DNA from: an uncultured Chloroflexia bacterium
Lineage (GTDB): Bacteria; Chloroflexota; Anaerolineae; Anaerolineales; UBA4823
DNA: 64,000 nucleotides
Assembly: GCA_963827155.1 (NCBI GenBank)
Contig: CAWGZV010000002.1
Span: 2,601,062 to 2,665,061, forward strand
Direction: 5' to 3'
Below, piece after piece: positions 1-11,835 of the stretch (its first letter is position 1; the number at the start of each line of letters is the position of its first letter). The position numbers were made by a program, and so were the translations under genes. A model generated the notes under the pieces. That model had not been told where the DNA came from. It saw nothing but the letters and a program-made list of their open reading frames with translations, and ran no database searches.

Positions 1-3000
1 CTGTGAAATCCACATATTGAAGCGAAAGCTCTCGAGTCACCGGAGGTTCCCCTAAAACTAAAGCCCGGTAATTCTCTTCCAGTTCCCTGAAGAAAATGTT
101 CATAGACCACAGGTCAGTAATAATGTGGTGGATGACAACCAGAAACAAGAACCGGTGGTCTGATAAATGAATCAGGACTACCCGCAGAAGTGGATCGTCC
201 TCAAGATTAAATGGTTCCCGAATTTGGGACTGCAGGATTAATTGAGTTTGCCGATATTTTTCCGCATCCGGATATATACGAAGGTCAAACTGTTTCATTT
301 CGATATCACGAGATGCAGAAATTACCTGACGCGGTTCACCGTTTATCAATTTGAAGTTAGTGCGTAAAATCCCATGCCGCTGGACAATCCTTGATATGGA
401 CCTTTCGAATGACTGTGGATCCAAGCTGCCGCTCAATTGGAGAGAATAACTGAGATTGTAAGCAGGAGATTTTGGGTCAAGCTGCTGAATAATAAAAAGC
501 CGCTGCTGCGCAAATGACAGGGGGAATGCATCCGAAGTTTTTTGGCTTTCTAATGCATCCTGGAGGCGCGTATTTTCGAGAAATGCAATCAGCTCAGACT
601 TCCTTTGAACGACAGCATCCTTGATGGCTCCTGTCATCACCGCCGGTGGAGCGCTGAATTTGAGCTTGCCTTCTTCAAGCCAGAGGTGGATTCCCGCGGA
701 ATACAAAGTGGTTAAGAAAGCAAAGACTGAACTTTGCTGGTCTATCTGAAGAGAAATCTCCGCGGCAGACTTCGAAAATGCATACTGTTCTTTGACTGTG
801 TCCGAAGATTCTAGCTGCCCAGCTAAAATCTCAAGCAAGATCTCCGCTCTGGCTTCGATTTCCGCAGATCCGTCTGCAATCAAGCGGATCTGATCCACAA
901 AATCTGCCAGATTGGGGGATTCGATCAGGGTTCCAAATGGAATTTCTATTGAAAGCAGGTCATTTAAACGAGCAATCAGCCGGATTGCGAGCAGAGAGTG
1001 ACCCCCAACATCGAAGAAATGATCCCGCATATCCATAGATTTCAAATGCAGGATATCGGCCCAAACATTCGCCACTAATCGCTCCAAAGCGGTCTGAGGC
1101 GAGTGTAAATCCCTGCGAGTTTCCTCATCTTTTAATGATACTAACAGTGCAGAGTAGTCGACCTTTCCATTCGAGGTAATTGGAAGTTTATCGATGACTA
1201 CAAAAACAGAGGGGATCATATAATCCGGCAACTTAGACCGAAGGAAATTTCTTATCTCCCCTTTTGAGAATGGAGCGCCTGGTTCAGGGATTATGAAGGC
1301 AATCAGGCTCTGTTGGAGCTGATCGTTCGATTTGGATTAAATCACCACAGCCAGCTTTATTGTGGGGACTGCTGATAGAATCTGTTCGATCTCGCCTAGC
1401 TCAATCCGAATCCCGCGTATCTTCACTTGTCTATCTGCCCGACCGATAAATATAATCTTCCCATCTGGCAAGTAACTGGCAAGGTCGCCGGTGCGGTAAA
1501 GACGCGCTCCCGGATTTGCTGAGAATGGATTTGGCAAGAAGCTTTCAGCAGTCCATCCGGGCTCGTTCTGATAGCCAACAGCAAGCCCATCTCCACCGAT
1601 ATACAATTCTCCGGTCAATCCCACTGCGACGGGTTGAAGAGCTTCATCCAGGATGTAGACCTGCACATTATCGATTGGATGACCTATGGGAATTACCTGT
1701 GGAAGATCAGTTTTTTCACAGAGAAAATGAGTCGCATCAATACAGGCTTCGGTTGGACCATAGAGATTATGCAACGCAGCATTTGAAATCGTGAGAAAAT
1801 CCTTTGCGAGCTCATGGGACATTACATCCCCACCACAAAGCACATGCCGGAGGGTTTCACACTTCTGTAATTCTTGCAAATCAACCAGCATTTGCAGCAG
1901 TGATGGGGTGATATTCAAGATCGTAACCTGATATTCGATTATTGCCCGATCCAGACCTTTAAAATCTGGCTCAACCCCACCAGGCAGTAAAACGAGTGAG
2001 GCACCATTAAGCAGCAAATCGAATATTTCTCCTAAGGCAACATCAAATCCAAGTGAAGCGGATTGAAGAAAAACATCATCGGATTTAACATCAAGCAGCC
2101 GTTTCATCCAAAATGCATGATTAATCAGGGACCTTCGTGAGATGATAACGCCTTTAGGATCACCGGTTGAGCCTGATGTGTAAATCACATAAGCCGGGTT
2201 TTTAGAAGAAATTGCAAGGTTTGTGTCTTCTGGACTGCAAGCCTCAATCTCGCGAGCATCTTGATCGACGAGAATTCTGCGCTCAACATTTATATTAATT
2301 TGATCATTGTGAACGCGATCCGTAATAAGGGTGGTAATCCCGGCACGGCTGGCGAACGAAAATACACGCGAACTGGGCAACTTTGGATCCAAAAGCAGAA
2401 AAGCCCGACCTGATTTCAAAACAGCTAAAACAGCTACGATGAGCTCGGGGGAGCGCTCCAGGTAAACTCCCACGAGCACTGAAGGATTACTTCTGTTCGT
2501 CCCCAGATAATCCGCAAGTTGATTCGCGCGTTTATTCAAATCGGAATAGTTGAACGTTTCTTCGGTGCTTACAATCGCCACTGCATTTGGAGAGAAATGA
2601 GCCCGATCCTCAAATCCTTTTAATATGTAATTTTGGTCCGAATAAGGTCGATCAGTCCGGTTCCATTCGACAAGAATCTGATCTCTGCTTGAACTTGAAA
2701 GCAAGTTCAGCTGCATGAGCGTTTGGTGCGGATTCGCGACGACTTGTGCTAGCAGTTCAAGATAAGAACTCGCTTATCCATTCAACGGTTGCCTTCTTGT
2801 AGATTTGGGTATTGTAGATAAATTCCCCCCTCAGCGAACCGTTAATCTGGGTGAATTCGAGGCTTAAGTCATAGCGAGCATAGGTTTGTTCATAAGAATA
2901 CGGCTCAACTTTCAATCCAGAAAAAGTTTTTTGGCGCTCAGGAAGGTTTTCAAAATTGAATAGGATTTGAAAAAAAGGGGGGCGGCTTAGATCTCGATGG

Positions 3001-4154
3001 AAAGGCACCACATCAACGATTTTTTCAAAAGGAATATCCTGGTTAGAATATGCTTCGAGCGCTTCATCACGCACTCGATGTAATAGATTGGAAAATGTTG
3101 GTCTTCCTGAAATATCGAAGCGAAGGACCAATGTATTGATAAACAAACCGATCAGGTTCTCAGTTTCAATATAGGTGCGACCAGCAATAGGCGTTCCAAT
3201 CACAAAATCCGTTTGGTTGGTTATCCGGTGGATCAAAGCCACGAACCCGGCTAACAACACCATGAAAAGTGTGGCATTTTCTGAAGCTGCCAGGGTTTTT
3301 AATAAAGGCACCATGTCGGCAGAAACGTCGAAAGTGTGGGCTGCGCCTCGGCTGGCATATATGGATGGGCGTCGAAAATCCGGGGTCAGATCCAACGGTG
3401 AAGGAAGATTTTCCAGCTTATGCTTCCAATAATCCAACTGATTATTTAGAGCACCACTCTCAAGCCGATCACGCTGCCAGGCTGCAAAATCGGCATATTG
3501 AATCCTTAAGTCTGGTAATTGGGCGGGATTTCTGCTCACTAATCCGTTATATACCGCGCTCAAGTCCGCCAGCAATACGCCTTCTGACCAGGCATCGAAG
3601 GTGATGTGGTGAAAGACCAATACCAGAATATGTTGATTTTCTGTAAGATGGATGAGACTGGCTCGCATCAGTGGGCTGCAAGTGAGATCGATCGGGTTGA
3701 TCACCTGCTCGTTAACATATTGATTGGCGGAGTATTCACGCTGATCCGCGTCCAGCCCACGAAAATCCACATCGATAAGGGAAAGCTGTTCTGGTCGCGC
3801 GATTTGCTGTAAAGGTTCCCCAATATCACTTCTCAGCCGGTAACAGAGCGCCTTGTGTCTGCGAACAACCGTGAATAATGCAGCCTCCAAATTCGATCGA
3901 TCAAGAGCTCCGGTCAAGCGAATGACAACAGGTCGATTGAAGAGCCCATGGTGAAGATCGAACTGGCTTAGAACCCATAATCCTTCCTGGGCAAAAGAGA
4001 GAGGAGCAAATTCCTGTCGTTTCCGAACCGGGATGGAGGTTGGTCGCGCACTTAATTCCAGCGCTTCGCTCAAACGCCTATCAAGCGCCGCACGCCTGGC
4101 AGGAGAAAGATCCTTGCTCAATTTTGATGAATGAGGCTTATCTTCCAAGTTCAA
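1..4154 (-). CDS. NRPS, partial (runs off left edge): C-A-T-[TubC_N-like]-C; split by a frameshift (~2775) and an in-frame TAA (1337-1339)
   Basis: C domain HHITFDAWS. Removing one A in TGGATAAGCG (~2775) joins it to the A domain (YTSGSTGDPKG, YGPTE, YRTGD). Hand translation past TAA 1337-1339 stays open in the same frame to base 1: LPDYMIP, NGKVD, PCP FFDVGGHSLL, then LYSAGIHLWLEEGKLKFSAP, then C domain PLSFAQQRL...HHIITDLWS. Confidence 0.9.
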
Positions 4155-4163
4155 TTCGCTTGT

Positions 4164-6030
4164 TTAATATGTCTGAAAATCCTGATTTTCATCCATCTTT
4201 TCTTCCACTTCTTGCAGGATAACTTGTTCCAGGTACAAAGCCTGTTCCGCAATTGTCGGCTCTCTAAAGATCGTTCCCAAAGGTATTTCCAACTGAAATA
4301 CCGATCGGATGCGCGCGAATTAATCGGGTCGCGAGCAGAGAATCTCCGCCACTAGCAAAGAAATTATCAAAGATCCCAATCCATTCGGAATGCAGAACCT
4401 GCTTCCAAAGATTCACCAACGCTTGTTCGGTCTGAGTTCGAGGCGCTTGATATGGAGGGTTAAGATGGGATTTGAGTTTTTCCGCCAGACCGATTCGCTG
4501 GAGCTTGCCTGTGGGTCCCTTTGGGATCGAATCCAGGATTATCACCAATGACGGCGCTTTTTGGGCTGCCAGGCGGTCGAGAGCATAATCCCGCAGCTCT
4601 TTTTCACTTATGAGTGATCCTGTGCGAATTACAACGGCTGTCGCCACATCTTCTCCCAGGGTTGGATGAGGGATTGCAAAAGTCACCGCCTGGGCAACCT
4701 CTGGATGGTCGAGGAAAACCTCATCAACTTCACGAGGGGCGACCTTCTCACCACCTCGGTTTATCATCTCTTTAATCCGGCCGGTGATAAAGAGATAACC
4801 ATCCGCATCCAGATAACCTTCATCTCCTGTTCGAAACCACCCATTGAAAAACGCGGCCTGACTTGCCTCGGGATTGTTGGCATAGCCCGACATCACGTTT
4901 CTCCCTCGGATTACAATCTCGCCGACTTGATTCGGATTAACAAATTTTTCGCCCTCGTCCAAGATTGCTATCTCAGGACCGGCAGGTAAGCCCACCGAAC
5001 CAGGTTTACGCACCCGCGGTGGGAGGGGATTGCTAGCCATCTGATGTGCAGCTTCGGTCATACCATATGCCTCGATAACAGGCGCCTTAAATACTTGTTC
5101 AAGATCAGCCATCATCTTAGGAGGCAGTGACGCCGAAGAAGAACGGATCAACCGCAGTGGATTGGCCAGAATGACCTGAAAATATGATTTGGCTGCTGCC
5201 AGAACGGATTGGTGCATGGTTGGAACAGCCGAATACCACGATGGATGGAATTCTTCAATCCAGGGGAAGAACTGATCCGCCTGGAAACCAGGGGTACATG
5301 CGACACTGGCGCCAGCCATCAGCGAAGATAAGACGACAGCCATTAACCCGTGAATATGGAATAAGGGCATTACATTCAAGCAGCGATCTGCCGGGGTAAG
5401 TGTAAGGGTCTGGACGATATGGCTAGCTGAAGCGATGATATTTGCTTGAGAGAGCGGGACCATCTTGGGTCGGGAAGTGGTTCCAGAAGTATGCAGGACC
5501 AGTGCGATGTCAGCGGGATTTGCGAATCCGGTGTTATCAGCGGACACGGCAGAATCTGATTGCAGCTCAAAATTAATCCTCCCCGGATTTGAATTGGGGA
5601 CCAATTCGACAACGGGAATTTTTCTGCTTTCTGCAACCAGCCGGGCTGGGGAAGCAGTCTCAGCCTGGATAACAAGCGCTTTGGCATCCAGATCTCCCAG
5701 GTAAAAATCAAATTCTGACATGCTGTAAGCAGGATTCAAAGGCGCGCTGGTAGAACACGCGGCAATCGTCAGGAAGGCTGCGGCTAATTCTGGGCCATTC
5801 GGCAGGACGATTGCCACTCTTTCCCCACATCCCACGCCCATTTGGTTCAAGGATCGCTTTACGGCATCCATCTGCTGCGCCAACTCGGAGAAGCTCATCA
5901 TACGCTGCTGCAACCCGAGGAAGGCTATTCCATCCGGCGTCTTGCCAGCTCGCATCTGGATGAGTTTCGCAAGGGTATCGATCGTATTCGGGACATCCTT
6001 GTTTAAGTCCACCTCAGAAAAAACTCCCAT
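4164..6030 (-). CDS. Acyl-CoA/AMP ligase (oxalate-CoA ligase-like) fused to a C-terminal carrier protein; frameshift ~4317
   Basis: LHTSGTTSRPK, PLFHIHGL, WYSAVPTMHQ, RSSSASL, EAYGMTEAAHQM, KGPTGK, then FFASGGDSLL. Removing one C at ~4317 gives RLIARIRSVFQLEIPLGTIFREPTIAEQA and a stop at 4164-4166, 10 nt before the next start. Confidence 0.85.
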
Positions 6031-6060
6031 TATTCCACCTGATTTTCATTTACTCGTAGA

Positions 6061-9000
6061 TTAATCGCGTTTCTGATCAAATTGATCGGGAGGATCCTTG
6101 ACTTGAGAATCAGGAAGGTTTTGAATTTCTAATAGAAATTTTGCGATTTTTTCAATTTGATACGGATCTGGGGAGTGAGCCAAAATCGCTTCAGAAAATT
6201 CAGCTACACTCGGAGATTCGAACAGCAGTCGAGGATTGATCTGGAGATTGAAAAGCTCAGTCAACCTGTAGATCATCCTGATCGCCAAGAGCGAATGTCC
6301 ACCCAGGTCAAAGAAACTGGCGTAAACATCCTGGACAGACCTGCCAAGCAAATCGGACCAGATATGTAAGAGCACTTTTTGGAATACGGTCGGCTGCCCA
6401 TTAAACTCCGAAGGGCGCTGGACTTCGGGTGAGGTAAAACTCGGCAGCAAACGACGATCCACTTTTCCATTCGGGGTCATCGGTAGGGCTGGGATGAAAA
6501 TAAAGACACTCGGGATCATATAATATGGAAGCCGAAGCATCAAAAAATCTTTCAGCTCATGCGTAGAGCCAAATTTTTCTGGGATGAAAACCACATAGGC
6601 AATTAATCGCTGATTATCAGGCAAATCTTCAGCGATTCTCACTGCAGCTTGCCTGACTGCTGAATGGTCTTCAAGCGCTTTCTCAATCTCCCCCAGCTCC
6701 ACCCGAAAACCCCTCAGCTTCACCTGCTGATCGATTCGACCTAAGAAATCCAAATTTCCATCTTGGAGGAAGCGAGCCGAATCGCCAGTACGATACATAC
6801 GCTCGCCAGCACCGTCAAAGGGGTTAGGAATGAATTTTTCGGCAGTCAATTCTGGGCGCTTAAGGTAACCCTGAGCAAGACCATCGCCCGCATTGTAAAG
6901 CTCGCCAGCCGCGCCAATGGGAGCTAAGTTCAACCAGCGGTCTAAAACATAGACGCGTGTGTTTGAAACGGGAGTCCCAATTGGGATGACCCACGGCGAA
7001 TCCTCAATATCATTGACCTGGTAGCAAGTCGTCCAGGTGGTATTTTCGGTAGGGCCGTACCCATTGATCAGTCGTTTTGGTCCACCGGCTCGATTGATTT
7101 TTCGAAGGATATCCGGTGAAGCCACCTCCCCACCAAAGATTACTTCGCGGATCGATTGAAAAGCATGCGGGGCGAAGCTAGCGATGTGATTAAAAAGCGA
7201 AGTGGCAATGCAAAGGACGTCGATTTTCTCAGTTTTGATAAATTTCTCGAACAGGTGTGGGATAAGTAAAATATGTTGGGGAACTATGAATAGAGTTCCT
7301 CCGTTGAGCAGGCTTCCCCAGACCTCAAAAGTAGATAGATCAAAGGAGGTGTTTGTCACCTGCGCTACCCGGTCACCTCTTTTGATTTGAAGATAATTAT
7401 TATTTAGAACTAACCTGTTCACTGACAGATGAGAAATCCCGATCCCCTTCGGCTTTCCTGTTGATCCCGAAGTATACATGACATAAGCAAGGTGCTGAGG
7501 TGTGATCTCAACATCCAGATGAAGAGGGCTCTCTTGTTCAATTTGAGCTCGATCCTGATCAAGGATTATGACCGGCGACTTCACCCCACTCAATAAATCC
7601 CGGTAAGCATCCTGGCTGAGGATGAACTCTGGCACCAGAATCAGTAATCATATAATTCAGACGTTCGAAAGGATGGCCAGTGTCCAGTGGGAGATAAGCT
7701 GCACCTGCCTTCAAAACTGACAAGAATGAAGCGACTGCATCCAAAGAGCGGTCCATACATACGCCCACAGTATCCCCAGGTCGCACCCCCGACCTGGTAA
7801 GGAATCTTGCGAGTTGATTGGTCTGCCGGTCCAATTCTTCATATGAAAAACTCTTAGGAGGTGGGTCTTGATAGGTTTGAGAACCTGGTAAATTATCTGG
7901 ATCACAAACAGCCAAAGCGTTGGGGGTATTTTGGACCTGTTCTGTGAATATCTCGTGGATGCATAAATCACGAGGAAAATTTGAAAAAGTTTTATTCCAG
8001 CGATCCAATAATAAAGCCTGTTCTTGATCGCTAATAAACTTGACTTGAGTAATTTTCTGCTGAGGATCGGCAATCAGCGCCTGGATGAGATTCAAATAAT
8101 GCTCGATCATCCTTTTCATAGCAGCTTCTTCAAACAAATCCGTGTCGTATTCCCATACCAGGGTAATATCTCTGTCTTTGGACACAGCATGTCTGCCGAT
8201 TAGCTGCTCGGCACGTGGGATCACGACAATATTCAAGTCAAATTTCGCGGCTTTATTCTGACGGTACTCAAGACTGCCATGAAGTTCGGGGAACTCGAGC
8301 TCAGGGACAGGAGAATCATGAAAGCTGAATAGAATTTGGAAGTATGGGTTGTAGCCTGGATTTCGATCGGGTTGAAGTATCTGCACCAGCTTCTCAAAAG
8401 GCATGTCCTGATGGGCTGTGGCTTCCAGGATTGTCTCTCGAACCTGGTCGAGAGCCTGAATAAAACTGAGATTCCCTGAAAGATCTGTTCGCAGCAGGAC
8501 TGTATTCACAAACATCCCGATCAGAGGTTCGAATTCGCGCAGCCTTCTATTTGCAAAACCAGATCCAATCAGCAAATCTTCCTGACCGGTGTAGCGCATC
8601 AGCAGCACTTTAAATGCTGTAAGGAATGTGGCAAACAGGGTCACGCCGTTCTTCAAGCTGAAAGATTTAGCTTCTCGATAAAATTCTTCCCCCAGGCTCA
8701 CCTGGATCGAGGCTCCACGAAAATTCTTTTGAGGCGGTCGTGGGTGGTCTGTTTGAATGGGTATGGTCGTGGGGGCTGCTTGCAGCCGTTTTCGCCAATA
8801 TTCCACCTGTCTATCAAGGAACGAACCCCGGAAAACCTCTCTCTGCCAGACCGCATAATCAGAAAACTGAAATCGAAGCTCAGGAAGTGGGGAAGGATTT
8901 CCATCCAGAAAAGCTCGATAAAGGGCTTGAAACTCCCGCATCAGAACCGCAAATGACCATCCATCATGCACAAGGTGGTGCTCGTAATGCACCAACAAAT

Positions 9001-11341
9001 GCTCCTTATCGGAGGATTTGAGAAGCCTCCATTTCACCAAAGGAAGTTGGGTAATATCCAAAACCTCAGAGAAATAATCCGCAAGCAGGCGATCTTCTTG
9101 GATTCTTTGCTGATCGGATGCAAGCTGGCTTAAATCAATAATTGGGATTTCTACATTCCAGGGGGCGTGAATGACCTGGATCGGCGCTCCTTCATGTTCA
9201 TGGAAAGTTGTCCGATAAATCTCATGTCGTCGGATGATCTCATTGAATGCCCAACAAATTGCGTCGTAATTCAGTTTGCCATAAAGCCGAATAGAAATCT
9301 GGTAGTTATACGCAAGGTTCTCTGGCTGCATCTTGTTTAAAAACCATACTTGTTCTTGGGCATAACTCAAAGGCAAATGATGACGATCTAAAGCACGTTT
9401 TAAAGGAGGGAATTTGACCTGATCCTCAGAATGCTGTAAGCGCTCAATTTCTTTCGCCATACTGGCAATTTCAGGCACCGAAAATATATCCGTGATCGGG
9501 AGCTCAACCTGATATCGTTCGTAAACACGGGTGAGAACCTGAGCTAACGCGAGCGAATGCCCACCTAATTCAAAAAAAGAATCATGGATTCCTATCGGAA
9601 AAATACCAAGAACCTGGGACCAAATCTCAGCCAGCACTTTTTCAATTTCGCTGATCGGCAGGATGTATTCTCCTTCGCGATCTTTGGGTGAGGCACTTAA
9701 TTTGATTAGTTCAAGACGGTCCAGCTTTCCACTCGTTGAAACAGGCATGGCGTTCAAGAAATGGAAGTCTGTGGGAATCATGTAATCAGGCAGTTTCTCA
9801 GATAAATAGCGCCGAAGCTCTTGTATAGAAATTTCCTGGTTGGCGTGAAGCACCAGGAATGCCACCAGCCTTGGCTCTCGATGAGCGCCGATTTGATGGC
9901 TGGAATCGTGAAAGACCACCGCGGCCTGCCGTAAGGCGGGGTGCAAATGGAGGCAGTTTTCGATTTCCCCTAATTCCAGCCGAGAGCCGCGGATTTTTAC
10001 CTGAAAATCGACTCTTCCAAGAAATTCGATGTTGCCGTCGGCGAGGAAGCGAGCTAGATCACCGGTGCGGTAAAGCCGGCCGCCCTGGTCGCTGAAAGGA
10101 TCAGGCAGAAAACGCTCTGCCGTGAGGGCAGGACGATGAAAATATCCTCTGCCAAGACTATCCCCGGCAAGATAAATCTCACCAACATCCCCGATAGGGA
10201 CCAACTGCAGTCGATCATCCAGAATATAAGCTCTATTATTCGCAAATGGTTTCCCGATTGGTACGATTTGCAATCGGCGATCCTCTGGGATTCTGTAGGA
10301 AATGGTATCGATACAGGCTTCCGCCGGACCATAAATATTTATTATTTCTACATCAATCAACTCCTTTACCCGGTTGACTAATTCAGGCGGAAGCGCTTCG
10401 CCACCGAAAAACAACCAGCGAAGCTGACCGCAAACCTTGAAACGAGGGTCGTCCAGCATCACCCGCAATAACGAAGGGACCATCAGGAGGGCTGTGATGT
10501 GATGCTCGGCTATCATCTGCAGGATATGTCCCACATCGGATGTGCGTTTGGATGAGATGATTACCAGCTGTGCGCCCCACAACAATCCTGCACAGAGCTC
10601 CCATTCAAACGTATCGAAGCCTAAAGGCGCCTTTAGAAATATGCGATCATTTGAATCAAGGGGAAAAGCCGACTGCATCCAGTGTACATGGTTAGACAGA
10701 CTGCGATGCGTGTTTATCGCGCCTTTCGGCTGTCCAGTTGAGCCTGAAGTGTATATAAGAAACGCTGGATTCTCCGGGTGTGTGACGTTTATTGGATTTT
10801 CGATGGATTCTTTTGAGATGGATCCCCATTCGGAATCGATGGAGATCACTTGAACAGAGTTGAGATTGATCTTTTCAAGCGAATTTTGGATTGCGAGCAA
10901 TATTCGAGTTTTCGAATCCTCCAGCATGAACTCAAGCCGCTTCAATGGGTAGTCTGGATCGAGCGCAAGAAATGCGGCGCCAGCCTTCCAAATTGCGAGG
11001 ACTGCAATCACAAGCTCAAGTGATCTATCGAGGTGGAGTCCGATGATCGATTCTGGACCGACCCCAAGTTTTATTAAGTAATGGGCCAGCTGGTTAGCAC
11101 GCTGGTTGAGATCGCGGTAGGTTAAGGATCTTTGTCGAGGCGAGCCCCAAGTCTCAACGACCGCAATCTGCTCAGGCGTCCAATAAACCTGCTCTTCAAA
11201 GAGCTGGTGGATCAATTTATCATGGGGATATGGAGTATTCGTCGCGTTAAATTCGAACAAAATCCGCCGAATTTGAGAGTCCTCCACAGGGTTTTTGATC
11301 GGACCTATTCCGGGATTATTAAAATCACCTTCGGAAACCAT
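6061..11341 (-). CDS. NRPS A-T-C-A-T (~1760 aa repaired); frameshift ~7631
   Basis: ORF 7559-11341 has A (YTSGSTGQPKG), T (FFELGGHSL), C (EHHLVHDGWS) and the start of a second A. Removing one C in GGTGCCAGAG joins it to ORF 6061-7635 (YTSGSTGKPKG, YGPTE, T FFDLGGHSLL). RBS GAGGAG precedes ATG 11341. Confidence 0.92.
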
Positions 11342-11417
11342 ACCGCTCCTCTTTTAGCGAATTAACGACTAAGTATACTATGCTGTCAGCGGAAAATTAC
11401 CGGCGGCGCATTCCTGA

Positions 11418-11446
11418 TTGACGACCACCAGACACCATAGTATGAT
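11418..11446 (+). promoter_or_regulatory. sigma70-type promoter of rnpB
   Basis: TTGACG (11418-11423), 17-nt spacer, TATGAT (11441-11446), 7 nt before the RNase P RNA P1 helix. Confidence 0.8.
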
Positions 11447-11453
11447 CAAATCA

Positions 11454-11833
11454 CCAGGTCGGTCGGGCGATCGCCGAATGGCTCTGCGAGCCGTTTGGAG
11501 GAAAGTCCGCACTCCAAAGAGCACGATGCCGGGCAACACCCGGGATGGGGCAACCTGTCGGATCGGACCACAGAGATATACCGCCGGGAATCCGGTAAGG
11601 GTGAAAAGGTGGTGTAAGAGACCACCGGCGCAGTTGGCAACAATTGCGGCCAGGCAACCCCCATCGGGAGCAAGGCCAAGCAGGGACAAATGGGTGAATA
11701 ACCCAGGGAAGCTGCTCGTTTCCGTGAGTTCCGGGTAGGCCGCACGAGCTGGATGGAGACATCCAGCCTAGATAGATGATCGCCGGGGCAGGCAAGTCCT
11801 GCTGCACAGAATGCGGCTTATAGATCGACCTGG
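11454..11833 (+). ncRNA. rnpB: RNase P RNA, bacterial type A
   Basis: Conserved GAGGAAAGTCC (11498) and ACAGAA.GCGGCTTAT near the 3' end; P1 pairing CCAGGTCGGTC / GATCGACCTGG; GGGTGAAAAGGTGGTGTAAGAGACCACC segment. Confidence 0.97.
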
Positions 11834-11835
11834 TA

